A stretch of 64,000 nt of DNA from Spirochaetia bacterium (GCA_963668315.1 OY764216.1:1344001-1408000); one strand, 5' to 3'; numbered from the stretch's first letter, positions 9,473 through 20,200 are shown. A program made the numbers and translations. Notes: generated by a model from the letters alone, not told the origin.

Positions 9473-10762
9473 GTGTTTATATTGCCATCAACAATTGAAA
9501 AGGCCGAAGAGAGTGCCTCTTCCTTCCTGGGCCGGGACAGTAAACTTTTTGCCATGTTTCAAAATTGTTTTACCAACACCCTGGAGACCACCACCAGAGA
9601 CATGGGGGATAACAGGTATTTCATTTTTACCGGTGATATTCCCGCTATGTGGCTGAGGGATTCATCGGCCCAGATAAACCATTATATCCCCTATGCCAAT
9701 GAGGACGGATATCTCCGGAATGTCATCGAAGGATTATTGAGGAAACAGTATCAGTGCATTATCACTGATCCTTATGCTAATTCCTATAACCAGGGAGAGG
9801 AAGGATATCACTACGGAAAGGATCAAACTCTTCAGAATCCTTGTGTTTGGGAGAGAAAGTATGAAGTCGATTCTCTCTGCTCTCCCATCCGACTGGCCTA
9901 TAAGTACTGGAAGGCAACGGGAAGAATTGATCATCTAAATAGTGATTTTTTAGTTGTTGCCAACATAATTCTCGACCTGTGGATACTTGAGCAGAGGCAT
10001 GAACAGTCTTCCTATAGGTTTGAACGTCCCGATGATGTCGAAACAGATACATTGAAAAATGGGGGCCGGGGAACTCCGGTCGGTTATACGGGCATGACCT
10101 GGTCCGGATTCCGTCCAAGTGATGATGCCTGTGCGTACGGCTACTTGATTCCTTCCAATATGTTCGCATCGGTTGTTCTCGGGTTCCTGGAAGAGATCGC
10201 CCGGGATATTTACTGCGATGCCATCCTTGAAAAGAGGTGCAGGTCCCTCAAGCATGAAATACAAAGGGGAATTGAAGAGTTCGGGATTGTGGAACACCCT
10301 GAGTTCGGGAGGATATTTGCCTATGAGGTGGACGGACTGGGACATTATAACTTGATGGATGATGCTAATGTTCCCAGTCTTCTTTCGCTGCCCTATATCG
10401 GATATTGCGGATCTGATGATCCTGTCTACAGGAACACGAGACGTTTCATATTGAGCGGTAACAATCCTTACTATTTCTCGGGATCGCACGCGAAAGGAAT
10501 CGGGAGCCCCCATACTCCTGCCGGTTATATCTGGCACATAAGCCTGATCATACAGGGGTTAACTTCTGCCGACCAGGATGAGATAAAAAAAATATGGGAG
10601 CTGCTGGAGACTACCGATGGAGGAACATTATATATGCATGAAGGGTTTCATGCTGATAACCCGGGTCTATATACAAGAAAGTGGTTTGCCTGGGCAAACA
10701 GTCTTTTCAGCGAGTTTGTTTTAACGGAAGCCGGAAAGGCTCCGGCAAAAGGACGAAGATAG
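9473..10762 (+). CDS. GH125 exo-alpha-1,6-mannosidase
   Basis: TGDIPAMWLRDSSAQ, WERKYEVDSL, FRPSDDAC, MDDANVPSLLSLPY, GSPHTP, WFAWANSLF. Confidence 0.93.
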   Translation: MFILPSTIEKAEESASSFLGRDSKLFAMFQNCFTNTLETTTRDMGDNRYFIFTGDIPAMWLRDSSAQINHYIPYANEDGYLRNVIEGLLRKQYQCIITDPYANSYNQGEEGYHYGKDQTLQNPCVWERKYEVDSLCSPIRLAYKYWKATGRIDHLNSDFLVVANIILDLWILEQRHEQSSYRFERPDDVETDTLKNGGRGTPVGYTGMTWSGFRPSDDACAYGYLIPSNMFASVVLGFLEEIARDIYCDAILEKRCRSLKHEIQRGIEEFGIVEHPEFGRIFAYEVDGLGHYNLMDDANVPSLLSLPYIGYCGSDDPVYRNTRRFILSGNNPYYFSGSHAKGIGSPHTPAGYIWHISLIIQGLTSADQDEIKKIWELLETTDGGTLYMHEGFHADNPGLYTRKWFAWANSLFSEFVLTEAGKAPAKGRR

Positions 10763-10776
10763 GAATCTTAAGGTCA

Positions 10777-13047
10777 ATGACAATGGATAAATTAATGCAC
10801 AAAGAACGTTTTTTTTCAGCGCTTCCCAGAATGGAGGCTCAATTCGGTAATCTTATCACTTTGAGGGAGCGGACCAATTCTTCCGTCCCCGGGCTATCCC
10901 AGGGGTTTCTTGCTTCCCTAATTCAGTTTCAGCCCATGCTGGAGATACATCTTCTGGATGAATCGGATAATCCGGTCACCTGGAAGGAAGTGGAAAAAAA
11001 GATTGATCCAGTGGAGAGTGTTCGGGTCTTTGAGGCTGACGGCCTGATCCTTACCCAGAAAACCCTTGTCCAAGGTAACGATATCCTTATGGATATTTCG
11101 CTCAGCCGGAGTGAGACATGCACAGGGGAATTTAAATACGAACTTTCGGGGGCCTGCCTTTTCTCTCCCCAGGGAGTCCCCTATCATTGGGATGAGGAAC
11201 GGAACGTATCCTGGAATATAGAATCCAACCGGGAAATGCGGGGGAAGTGGCAGGATGATGTGGAATTCCGCTTTGCCTTTTCCGAAGACCTGTGCGGCTT
11301 TCAGGTGGGAAGTCTGGCCGAGGAAAAAATTGCCAAAGAGCACTACTTTACCAGTTTCAATCTGAAGAAGAGGTTTACCTATTATGTCCCTCGGGACAAC
11401 CGTCTTGGCGCAGGAGGCTCTAGGGTGAGCACCAGAAATGTTTCCTACTCGGCTATCTGGGAACCGGATTTTGATGAACAGGGAGTGGCCGTTCTGGCAT
11501 TTAGATATACCCTTGGGAAGAATCTGCCCCAGGATTTTCCCATGGCAGTGACCGAATACGAAAAACGGCGGAGTGAAATCCAGAAAGAGTGGGATGAGTT
11601 TGTTGAAAAAATTCCTCCCTTTACCTGTGGTGATAAGGATCTTGAGCGGATATATTACACAAGCTGGTATGTCCTTAAGGCTGCCCGAATCTCCATGGAA
11701 GAAGAGCGTTTCCGTTTTCCCTTTACCTCAGTAAATAAATTTCATTATTATAACCAATTCTTCTGGGATTCCGCTTTTCAGGCCATAGCCTGGCTCTGGT
11801 TTAATGACGGAGAGCCTGCCGAGAATGAGATGAAGAACTTTGTCGCCCACCAGTGGCGGAACGGTATGATCCCCTATGAGCTTTTCATGTTCTCCATCAA
11901 CAGCCGTGAATGGATGGACGGAGACGGGAAAAGCACGGGGACGACTCAGCCTCCTGTCATTGGAATCACAATTTCTGAAATTTTCAAGAAATTCCAGAAT
12001 AAGGAATATCCGGCGTTCTTCTATGATTCCCTATTGAAATATGAGACCTGGCTGAGCGTTTACAGGGATCTGGGAAGACGGGGGCTTTCGGCATACGTCA
12101 ATATCTGGGAAACGGGCTGGGATAACAGTCCGCGTCTGGATGATGCGGCCCGTAACCGCGTGTTGGATCCTTATATAGAAGGGGTAGATTTTAATGTTTA
12201 CATCTACTTGCTCAGAAAAACCATACTGGATATGGCCCGCTGGCTCGGAAAGCCGGAACCGGAAGAGGTACGAACAAGGATGGAAATGTGCCGTGCCAGC
12301 ATGAATGAATTCATGTATGAGAAGGGGGATGGTTTCTACTATGACCTGGAGGCAGGAACGGATAAGAAGGTTAAGGTAAAAACCGCGGCGGGGATTCTAA
12401 CTCTTATGACGGATATTCCCGATGAGAGCCAGAGGAAAAGAATAGTGGAGCAGTATGTCATGTCCGAAGAGGAATTTTTAACCGGAGCTCCCTTTCCTTC
12501 TGTCAGCCGAAGCGAAGACAGCTATGACCCTCAGGATTTCTGGAGAGGTGCTAACTGGCCCCAGATCACCTGGTCTCTTCTGTACGGGCTGAAAGATGAT
12601 AACCCCGAAGAAGCAGGCGTTATTCTGGATAGATTTTTGGATAAAACATCAAGAAATGACAATTGCTACGAGTACTACCACTCGGAAACCGGTGAAGGTG
12701 CCGGGCTGCCCTTTCAGGGATGGGGGGCTCTTTATACCGACTTTGTCATTCGTTTTGTCGCAGGTTTGAATCCAACGGAAAAGGGATTTCGCTTTCGTCC
12801 CGTATCAAAAAAGTATACCGACTTTTCCCTGGAGAATGTTGTTGTTAAGGATCATATCCTGAATATAAGCAGGTCCGGAGAAAGCTGGTCAATTTCGTGG
12901 GAAGGCATGGGGGAACTGGAATTTTCAGGTTCAGCCTCATTTGAAGCGGAGATCATAGGGAACTACGTTGTCGTTCATGTGGAGTCAGGCTGTGAGGCAG
13001 AGATGAAAACTTCCGGTAACATACGGTTAGGAGAGAACGATGGCTGA
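10777..13047 (+). CDS. GH63/MGH1-like (alpha/alpha)6 glycoside hydrolase with long N-terminal domain
   Basis: FFWDSAF, TQPPV, WETGWDNSPR, FWRGANWP, YEYY..TGEGAG. Start moved to ATG 10777, after the GH125 stop. Confidence 0.8.
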   Translation: MTMDKLMHKERFFSALPRMEAQFGNLITLRERTNSSVPGLSQGFLASLIQFQPMLEIHLLDESDNPVTWKEVEKKIDPVESVRVFEADGLILTQKTLVQGNDILMDISLSRSETCTGEFKYELSGACLFSPQGVPYHWDEERNVSWNIESNREMRGKWQDDVEFRFAFSEDLCGFQVGSLAEEKIAKEHYFTSFNLKKRFTYYVPRDNRLGAGGSRVSTRNVSYSAIWEPDFDEQGVAVLAFRYTLGKNLPQDFPMAVTEYEKRRSEIQKEWDEFVEKIPPFTCGDKDLERIYYTSWYVLKAARISMEEERFRFPFTSVNKFHYYNQFFWDSAFQAIAWLWFNDGEPAENEMKNFVAHQWRNGMIPYELFMFSINSREWMDGDGKSTGTTQPPVIGITISEIFKKFQNKEYPAFFYDSLLKYETWLSVYRDLGRRGLSAYVNIWETGWDNSPRLDDAARNRVLDPYIEGVDFNVYIYLLRKTILDMARWLGKPEPEEVRTRMEMCRASMNEFMYEKGDGFYYDLEAGTDKKVKVKTAAGILTLMTDIPDESQRKRIVEQYVMSEEEFLTGAPFPSVSRSEDSYDPQDFWRGANWPQITWSLLYGLKDDNPEEAGVILDRFLDKTSRNDNCYEYYHSETGEGAGLPFQGWGALYTDFVIRFVAGLNPTEKGFRFRPVSKKYTDFSLENVVVKDHILNISRSGESWSISWEGMGELEFSGSASFEAEIIGNYVVVHVESGCEAEMKTSGNIRLGENDG

Positions 13048-13906
13048 TTATGATATTGTTATGATGGGGCATGTCTCCAATGATATTATGATCTTTTACG
13101 ACGGAAGCCGTCAGGATTTTCTCGGAGGTCCGGTCATCTACTCATCGGCTTCCGCTTCGGCTGCCGGAGCAAAAGTTCTGATCGTCACAAAAGCTTCGTT
13201 CGAAGATACTCCTAAGCTGGATTACCTCCGTGATGAAAGTGTCGAACTGGTTGTTGTTCCGTCCGGGAACTCTACATCGATAAAAAATGTCTATCATACA
13301 AAGGATCAGGAGCGTAGGAGTACGACTCTCCTGTCCCAGGCGGAATATTTCTCCCTTGCCGATGTGCCTTCTGAAAAAGCAGCCATATATCATCTTGCGG
13401 GACTTTTTTATGGGGAAATCCCCTCGGAAATGATTGTTCCTCTTTCAAAGAGGGCCGCCGTGGCCATTGATGCTCAGGGCCTCTTACGCTGTAGTGTCGA
13501 TGGGGAAATGCTTTACCGGGACTGGGCGGAAAAACGGGAGTTGCTGCCCTATATCACCTATCTCAAGACCGATGCCGCGGAAGCCGAAATACTTACCGGT
13601 ACGGATGACAGGGAAAAAGCCGCTCGTCTGTTAGCCGATTGGGGAGCTAAGGAGGTCATGGTTACCCACCATACGGAAGTCATTGTCCTGGTGGACGGAA
13701 TAATCCACCGGGCTCCCTTTAACCCTGAGAACCTGTCCGGGCGGACGGGGAGGGGAGATACATGTTTCGCCTCTTACCTGGCCAGGCGTCTGAAATATGG
13801 ACCGGAAGAGTCTGTTAAATTCGCAGCGGCTTTAACAAGTATGAAAATGGAAAAGCCCGGCCGTTTCTCCGGTTCCGAGAAAGAAGTCATCGATCGGATA
13901 GGTTAA
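13040..13906 (+). CDS. PfkB-family carbohydrate kinase
   Basis: N-terminal GH..ND...GG and C-terminal RTGRGDTCFASYL anion-hole motif. Confidence 0.85.
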   Translation: MADYDIVMMGHVSNDIMIFYDGSRQDFLGGPVIYSSASASAAGAKVLIVTKASFEDTPKLDYLRDESVELVVVPSGNSTSIKNVYHTKDQERRSTTLLSQAEYFSLADVPSEKAAIYHLAGLFYGEIPSEMIVPLSKRAAVAIDAQGLLRCSVDGEMLYRDWAEKRELLPYITYLKTDAAEAEILTGTDDREKAARLLADWGAKEVMVTHHTEVIVLVDGIIHRAPFNPENLSGRTGRGDTCFASYLARRLKYGPEESVKFAAALTSMKMEKPGRFSGSEKEVIDRIG

Positions 13907-13939
13907 CCGCTCAAGCCGGCGGCCAGGCCGGCATTCCCC

Positions 13940-14794
13940 TCATTTCCCGGTAAAATTCTCCACAATAAAATCCCTCCCGGCCATGAGCTCATCCAGCATC
14001 GATGTCCTGGCGTTATCCTGGTCAATAACAAGTCCTGTTTCCATGAGAGGCATTTGTCCCAGGAAGGGTATGATCGACAGATGATCCACGTCCCCCTTTC
14101 CGATGGGGGTGCAGATTATCTCGCCCTTGGACGATTTCTGACCGATCAGCAGGTCCTTGAAGTGAATGCTGTAAATCCGGCCGGAGTAATCCGCCAGAAT
14201 CCGCTCCACCGGACCTTTGCCGGCTTCCATCCAGCCGATGTCGGGCTGGAGCGACAGGGTAGGGATATGGTCCAGCAGCATTTCCAGAACGGTCTTCTCT
14301 CCGGCGGCAGACATTTCCCTGTCGTGATTGTGGTAGGCCAGATGAATGCCCTCGGTTTCAAAGGCACGGCTTGCTTCGGTCAGCTGACCGGCCACCGCCC
14401 GGGCCGCCTCCCATGAGTCCAGAACGCAGCTTATCACGTACTGCTTCAGTCCGTTGGCCTTGGCAAAGTCAATCATTCGGCGCAGATTGTCCGTCAGGGC
14501 CGTATCGTAGGCGGTGGCGAAGAAGAGATGGCACGACTCAATCGCGAGACCCTTGTCCCGCATATATTTCATTTTCCCGGGGGCTTCTTCGGCAGACCAG
14601 ATACAGCCGGGCATTTTCCCGAAAATCTCTCTGATCCGGATCACTTCCTCGGCAACACGGGGATCTTCTTCCCCGAAATAGAGGCCCATTTCATAGGCCT
14701 CAAAGTCATTCTCCGTCAGATACCGGACAGTCCCTTCGAAATCGTTGCTCAGCTCTTCTCTGATAGCAAAACCCTGCACCGCCACTTTCATCAT
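13940..14794 (-). CDS. sugar phosphate isomerase/epimerase (IolE/xylose-isomerase-like TIM barrel)
   Basis: YHNHDRE, QPDIGW, HFKD, PIGKGDVD, DQD. Start at MMKVAVQ after GGAGG. Confidence 0.8.
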   Translation of the reverse strand: MMKVAVQGFAIREELSNDFEGTVRYLTENDFEAYEMGLYFGEEDPRVAEEVIRIREIFGKMPGCIWSAEEAPGKMKYMRDKGLAIESCHLFFATAYDTALTDNLRRMIDFAKANGLKQYVISCVLDSWEAARAVAGQLTEASRAFETEGIHLAYHNHDREMSAAGEKTVLEMLLDHIPTLSLQPDIGWMEAGKGPVERILADYSGRIYSIHFKDLLIGQKSSKGEIICTPIGKGDVDHLSIIPFLGQMPLMETGLVIDQDNARTSMLDELMAGRDFIVENFTGK

Positions 14795-14903
14795 TCCCGA
14801 TTCCTCCCTGTTCTCTCCGTCGGGCTGTTCCCGACGGATAAATTGTGCCACAGCTTCGGCGGGAAGTCTATTGTTTTTTTATCCGGCGGGAGGATCCCGG
14901 TGC

Positions 14904-16460
14904 CTAGGGAATATACTTTTTTATCGTGGAGAAAAGGTTTTTTTCCGAAACCGGCTTAATCAGGATATCGGAAAATCCCGACTGGTAGAAACGGTGTATA
15001 TCTTCCTTCTGGGAGAAGGCGGTCACCGCAATCACGGGTATCCGGAAATCCTCTTTTATTTTTCCGATGTCATTCATCACCTGGAGACCGCTCAGCTCCG
15101 GCAGCCCTATATCCATCAGCACCAGATCATAGGTATTTTCTATGAGTTCGGCCAGGGCTTCCTCGCCGTTGATCACCTGAACCACCCGGCATCCCGAGTC
15201 TTCCAGCAGCTTCTCAAGGTAGTACATGGAGACCACATCGTCCTCAACGAGCAGAACGGATAGGGACTTCAACACCTTGTCATCCTTCGGTTCCATGACG
15301 TTTTCCCCGTTTGCTTCATGTTCCGGTATATGGATATGAAAAACCGTTTCATGGTTTACCGACGTAAAATCGATGGAGCCGTCCATGGCCAGGACAAGAT
15401 TCCGGACGATCGCCAGACCCAGCCCCAGACCGCTCTGATCCTTGACATAGCGGTTGGACTGCGTAACGAAGGGCTTGAAAATCTCATCCCCTATATCCTC
15501 GGGGATTTCGGGCCCCTCGTTTTTGACGGAAACATCCAATCCCTTCTCATAGGTATATTTAATGAGGATTTCCCCTTTCTCCGAATACTTTATGGCGTTG
15601 TTCACGAGATTGTTCAGAATCTGGAGAAGCCTGTCCAGATCGCCGACAAAAAGACCGGATACTTCGGGGTGGCAGATTTTGAGGGTCACTCCCTTTTCCC
15701 GGCACTGGGTTATGTAAAGGCTTTCCAGATTCTCGAAAATCGTCCTTACGGATAACTCTCTGTACCTGAAGAGAATCGTATGGTTTTCCAGCTGGGTGTA
15801 ATCGAGCATATTATTGATAAGAAACGAGAGATGCTTTGCCGAATAGTCCGCCAGATTCAGGTAAAGTTCGTTTGATTCTTCATCGGGGCTGTTCTTTTTC
15901 AGAAGATGCAGCATCCCGAGGATTCCGTTCAGCGGGGTTCTCAGTTCATGGTTGATCTGGGACAGGAAGAGAGATTTGGCGGCATTGGCCTTTTCCGCTC
16001 TTTCCTTCTCAATTTTCAGTTCCCTCGTCCTTTTTTCAATCTCGATTTCCAGTTTGACGTTGAAATTGAGGATCTCCTCCATGGATTTTTTCAGTCTGAT
16101 ATGGGTGCGGACGCGGGAGAGCACATCCTTGGCCACGAATGGCTTGGTTATATAGTCGGAGCCTCCCGCATCGAATCCCCGGACCTTTTCCCGGCCTTCC
16201 AGGGCTCCGGAAATGAAAATGACAGGTACCGGTTCAAGGGCCGGTTCGTTTTTTATCATTCGGCACAGTTCAAGGCCGTCAATCCCGGGCATGTTGATAT
16301 CCAGGAGAAAGAGGTCGGGAGGATTATCCAGGGCATATCCCAGAACCTGGGAGGAAGAATTGAAAGGTACGACATGGTAACTGTTTTCAGATAGAATGTC
16401 CTGAAGAAGATTTACAATAAATATATCGTCGTCGACGATGATAATATGTCCGTTGTCCAT
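14904..16460 (-). CDS. hybrid sensor kinase REC-HisKA-HATPase-REC (cytoplasmic)
   Basis: LLDINMPGIDG...KP; FLSQINHELRTPLNG; NLVNNAIKY; GLGLGL; LMDIGLP...KP. No TM segments seen. Confidence 0.9.
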   Translation of the reverse strand: MDNGHIIIVDDDIFIVNLLQDILSENSYHVVPFNSSSQVLGYALDNPPDLFLLDINMPGIDGLELCRMIKNEPALEPVPVIFISGALEGREKVRGFDAGGSDYITKPFVAKDVLSRVRTHIRLKKSMEEILNFNVKLEIEIEKRTRELKIEKERAEKANAAKSLFLSQINHELRTPLNGILGMLHLLKKNSPDEESNELYLNLADYSAKHLSFLINNMLDYTQLENHTILFRYRELSVRTIFENLESLYITQCREKGVTLKICHPEVSGLFVGDLDRLLQILNNLVNNAIKYSEKGEILIKYTYEKGLDVSVKNEGPEIPEDIGDEIFKPFVTQSNRYVKDQSGLGLGLAIVRNLVLAMDGSIDFTSVNHETVFHIHIPEHEANGENVMEPKDDKVLKSLSVLLVEDDVVSMYYLEKLLEDSGCRVVQVINGEEALAELIENTYDLVLMDIGLPELSGLQVMNDIGKIKEDFRIPVIAVTAFSQKEDIHRFYQSGFSDILIKPVSEKNLFSTIKKYIP

Positions 16461-16475
16461 TTTCATTTCCTTCAA

Positions 16476-17210
16476 CTATTGGTCAGTCTGACAATGGGAG
16501 ATTAAATAATCGGCCAATTGAAAAATCATCCGCTCAAATTGTGTGATATCTGCTCTATCGGGAAAAGGAAAAATCCTTGTGTAAATATTAGTGTTGTTCC
16601 CCTGGTCCGGGAGGAGGACTTTGATTCCGGGGGCATCTTTCTCAAGGGTATAGGCGACACGGGCATGAACCCTGTCTTTCCGGTCAATCCCGGGGGAAGA
16701 CTCATCATTCGAACGGATAAAAAGCTGCCGTAATAAACCGGTCATCAGATAATCGTATTTACTAAACACCGGACCGGGGGATTTGTTGATAACCACGGCC
16801 AGGAGCTTCTTTCCGAAATCAAAGATGAACTCCACGTCGCTCCCCGAGTAGGGAAGTTCTTCCGTTCGTGCCGCTTTACGGCTTTCATTATAACGGAACT
16901 CCGGAATGTAGGTTCCCTTCGGAAGAGAGATGATTATCTCGTCATGCTCGCCGTCCGATGCGTAATACTGAGTGAGCCTGTCGCGCAGACGCTTCGCCTC
17001 GACCCGGATTCTCGGATTCAGCTGCTGATCGAAATTGTGGTCCAGGCCGAAGGCTTCCACGGCAATGGAGTACTCTTTTATCTGATCGATGCTTCCTTCC
17101 AGCGTCTGGCTGCAGACGTATTTCAGAAAACTGACCGATCTTTTTGACGATTTAAACAGTTCGTGGGTGAATATTCTATCAAGTTGTAAAAAGATTGCTT
17201 CCTTATCCAT
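16476..17210 (-). CDS. putative winged-helix-like regulator (N-terminal domain typical of TolB-N/TPR adenylate-cyclase-like proteins)
   Basis: F..S.R..SFLKYVC...IKEYSIAVEAFG...FD....PRIRVEAKRLRDRL..YY...G....IIISLPKGTYIPEF. Confidence 0.65.
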   Translation of the reverse strand: MDKEAIFLQLDRIFTHELFKSSKRSVSFLKYVCSQTLEGSIDQIKEYSIAVEAFGLDHNFDQQLNPRIRVEAKRLRDRLTQYYASDGEHDEIIISLPKGTYIPEFRYNESRKAARTEELPYSGSDVEFIFDFGKKLLAVVINKSPGPVFSKYDYLMTGLLRQLFIRSNDESSPGIDRKDRVHARVAYTLEKDAPGIKVLLPDQGNNTNIYTRIFPFPDRADITQFERMIFQLADYLISHCQTDQ

Positions 17211-17266
17211 TACCCTTATCCCGATTATATAATAAATGGGAACGAATTAAACCCGTTTCCCCCTAT

Positions 17267-17291
17267 GTAACGGTTACGCCTCCTCTGTTAC
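17267..17291. promoter_or_regulatory. candidate regulator site GTAAC-G-GTTAC-N9-GTTAC
   Basis: Lies upstream of the minus-strand TATAAT (17229-17224) of the 244-aa gene; same geometry as 24022-24046. Confidence 0.5.
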
Positions 17292-20200
17292 CTTTTCCCC
17301 TCTCCCAGCAGAGCTGTCACCTTATTTATCAGTTCGTTCAGCTGGAGCGGTTTTTGAATGAAATCGGCGTCTTCCAGTAACTGGTACTCCTTTTCCCCCG
17401 ATATATCCAGGTATCCCGACATGAAGAGGCCGCGACCTTCAGGGTTGTATGTCCTGTACTGTCGGTACAGGTCAAAACCGTTTCTGCCCTGAAGTACAAT
17501 ATCGGTCAGGAGGAGCGAAATGGGAACGGGGCTGTCTGCCATCACCTGCAGAGCCGCCTCGGCACTTTCGGCCGAAAGTACCCTGAGGCCGTGGCGGGAG
17601 AGCATGGAGGACGCCACGGCCCTTACCTGAGCGTCATCTTCCACCAGCAGAACCGTAGCCCCGGGAGAATCGGCGGTGCTGCCCGGTGACGGGGCGCCGT
17701 CCCCCGTAGGCCCGGTCATCTTTTCCGCTGAGGGGAATTGAACCGTGACCACCGTTCCCTGATTCACCCGGCTCGAAAAATCAAGCCTCCCCTTATGCTG
17801 TTTGACAAGTCTCTGAACATTCGCCAATCCCAGCCCGGTACCCTTGTCTCCCTTCGTCGAAAAGAAAGGTTCCATTATGTGGTCCAGGTCATTCTGGTCT
17901 ATACCGCATCCCGAATCATGAACCGATAGGGTGACCAAGGGGGGATTTGATCCCTCCTTTATTCCGGTCTTAATGACAAGGGAGCCTCCGTCGGGCATGG
18001 CATCCTGAGAATTGACCGCAAGATTCATGAGTATCTGCTCTATTTTTCCCGAATCGGCGTTGATCAGGGGAATTTCGGGACAGAGATCGAGGGTGAAGCT
18101 GATATTCTCCTTAATCGTCCTCTGCAGAAGGGAGGAGAAATTGGTTATCAGAGTATTGAGATTCAGAAGCTGGAAATCCAGTTCATGCCTGCGGCTGAAG
18201 GTCAGCAGCTGTTTGACCAGTTTTCTGGCCCGTTCTCCCGCTTCATAAATCTGTTGTATCCTCTTTTGCCTTGTTGCACTTTCATCGGAAGGGTCAATCA
18301 GCAGTTCGCTGTAGCCGAGTATGGGAGTCAGCATATTATTCAAGTCATGGGCGATTCCTCCGGCCAGCCTGCCGATGGACTCTTCCTTCTGCGCCTGATG
18401 GAACTGCTCCTCCAGTTCCCGGTTCTCCTCCTCTATTTTCAGCTGATCGGTGATGTCCCGCTTTACGCTGACAAAATTCGTTATGGCTCCCTCGTGGTTC
18501 ATTACGGGAGTGATGGTCACGACTCCGGTATAGAGGGTGCCGTCCTTTCTCCTGTCGCAGAGCTGCCCATTCCACATTTTCCCCGACTTGATGTTCTGCC
18601 ACAGGTCCGTGAAAACAGAGGGTTCCATGGTGCCGCTGTTAAGAAACCTCGGGTTTCTGTTTTCCGCTTCGGCAAAGGTGTAACCGGTGAGCTTCTCAAA
18701 GGAGCTGTTCACATAAATGATGTTCCCCTCGGAATCGGTGATAAAAATACTGTCCGAGCTATGATCCACGGCGGAAAAGAGAATATCCCTCTCCGCGGCG
18801 TTTTTCTTCTCTTCCGTAATGTCCTGGATACTTAAGACGTAACCTTTGGATCTATCCTCCGAATCAATGCGGACCGTGCGGATAAAAATATTCACGGGAC
18901 TCCCGTTTTTGTGGAGACAGACCGTTTCGACTTTGCTGAATCCCCCCCGGCTTATCTGATCGGCTTCCAGGTTCATCACCCGCAGATATTCATCCATATC
19001 GGCGAACAGCTCGCAGGAGGCCCGGTTAATCAGCTCCTCCTGGGAATAGCCCAATATGGTGCATACCCTGTCATTTACCTGGGTAAACTGAAAGCGGTCG
19101 TTCAATACGGCAATTCCGATCGGGGCAATCCTCAGGACTCCCTGGTAGAACTCCTCCCTTTCGGTGAGCAGTTTGATGAAATCCTTCCTTTTCTCAATGA
19201 ACTCCCTCTGCTTCAGGCTCTGATAGGCGATAGTCACCTGCTGTTTCATTATGGTGTTGAGAAAAGCTACCCTTTTGTTGAACTCTTCATAGGTATACTG
19301 GGGCAGCCTGTTGTAGGCTCTTTGCAGTTCTATCGGATCGGCGCCGATTATTTCGGCGTACTGTTTTATATCGATGTTGTCATGGCCCATTTCCCGGGCC
19401 TGGCCGACCAGCCATGTGGCGACATGACGGCCGTCTATGATAATGGGGGACCAGGAGTCCAGAAGGCCGCCGCTCTGGCAGCGGTAGATCTTATATTCTC
19501 CGTTCTGGCTGTAGAGCGCCGTATCGGATTTTATGCAGTCAATGCTGCCCTTTTTCGTCTTTCGTATCAATTGGCAGTATTCGCTGAAGCGGGAGGGGGG
19601 CAGAAGGGGAATCCCGTCAACTCCCGTGATAATGGATGCCAATCCGGTCATCTCCGCGAAGGATTTCTGAATCTTCCCTATCTGGTCCAGATCCACCAGA
19701 TCCTCAAAGCGTAAATCGTTCCCCTGCTCCTCCTGATTATCATCGGGGGAGTACATCGACAGCATTCCCCTATCGATGTTATCGGAGAATATCTCTGTGA
19801 ACGTGATGTAATAGACAATCTGCCTTCCCGGAAAAGAACTGACCCGGCTGATAAAGACCTTAAAGAAACGGGTCTCCCCCTTATCTATCCTTATTTCGGG
19901 AATAATGTAGGTATAGATGTTTTCCAGGGATTTTTTCGCGACAAGCCACTTCTGATAGAGAAAGCTGTTATTGAGGGCTTCGAGGCTTTTCCCCAATATC
20001 TCCCGGGCTTTCACAAGGAGTATTGATTCCGCCTGCTCATTAAAAGAGAGAACGATCCCTTCGTCGTTTAAGGAAATCACCGCTTCACTCTGCTGCTGTA
20101 TTTTCCGGGAATACATCCGCCCCATGTTATGATTCTCCTCCCGGAGCCTTCTCGACCAGAGCGCATAGGAGGCGTCTTCCGATAATATGTTCAGAAGATT

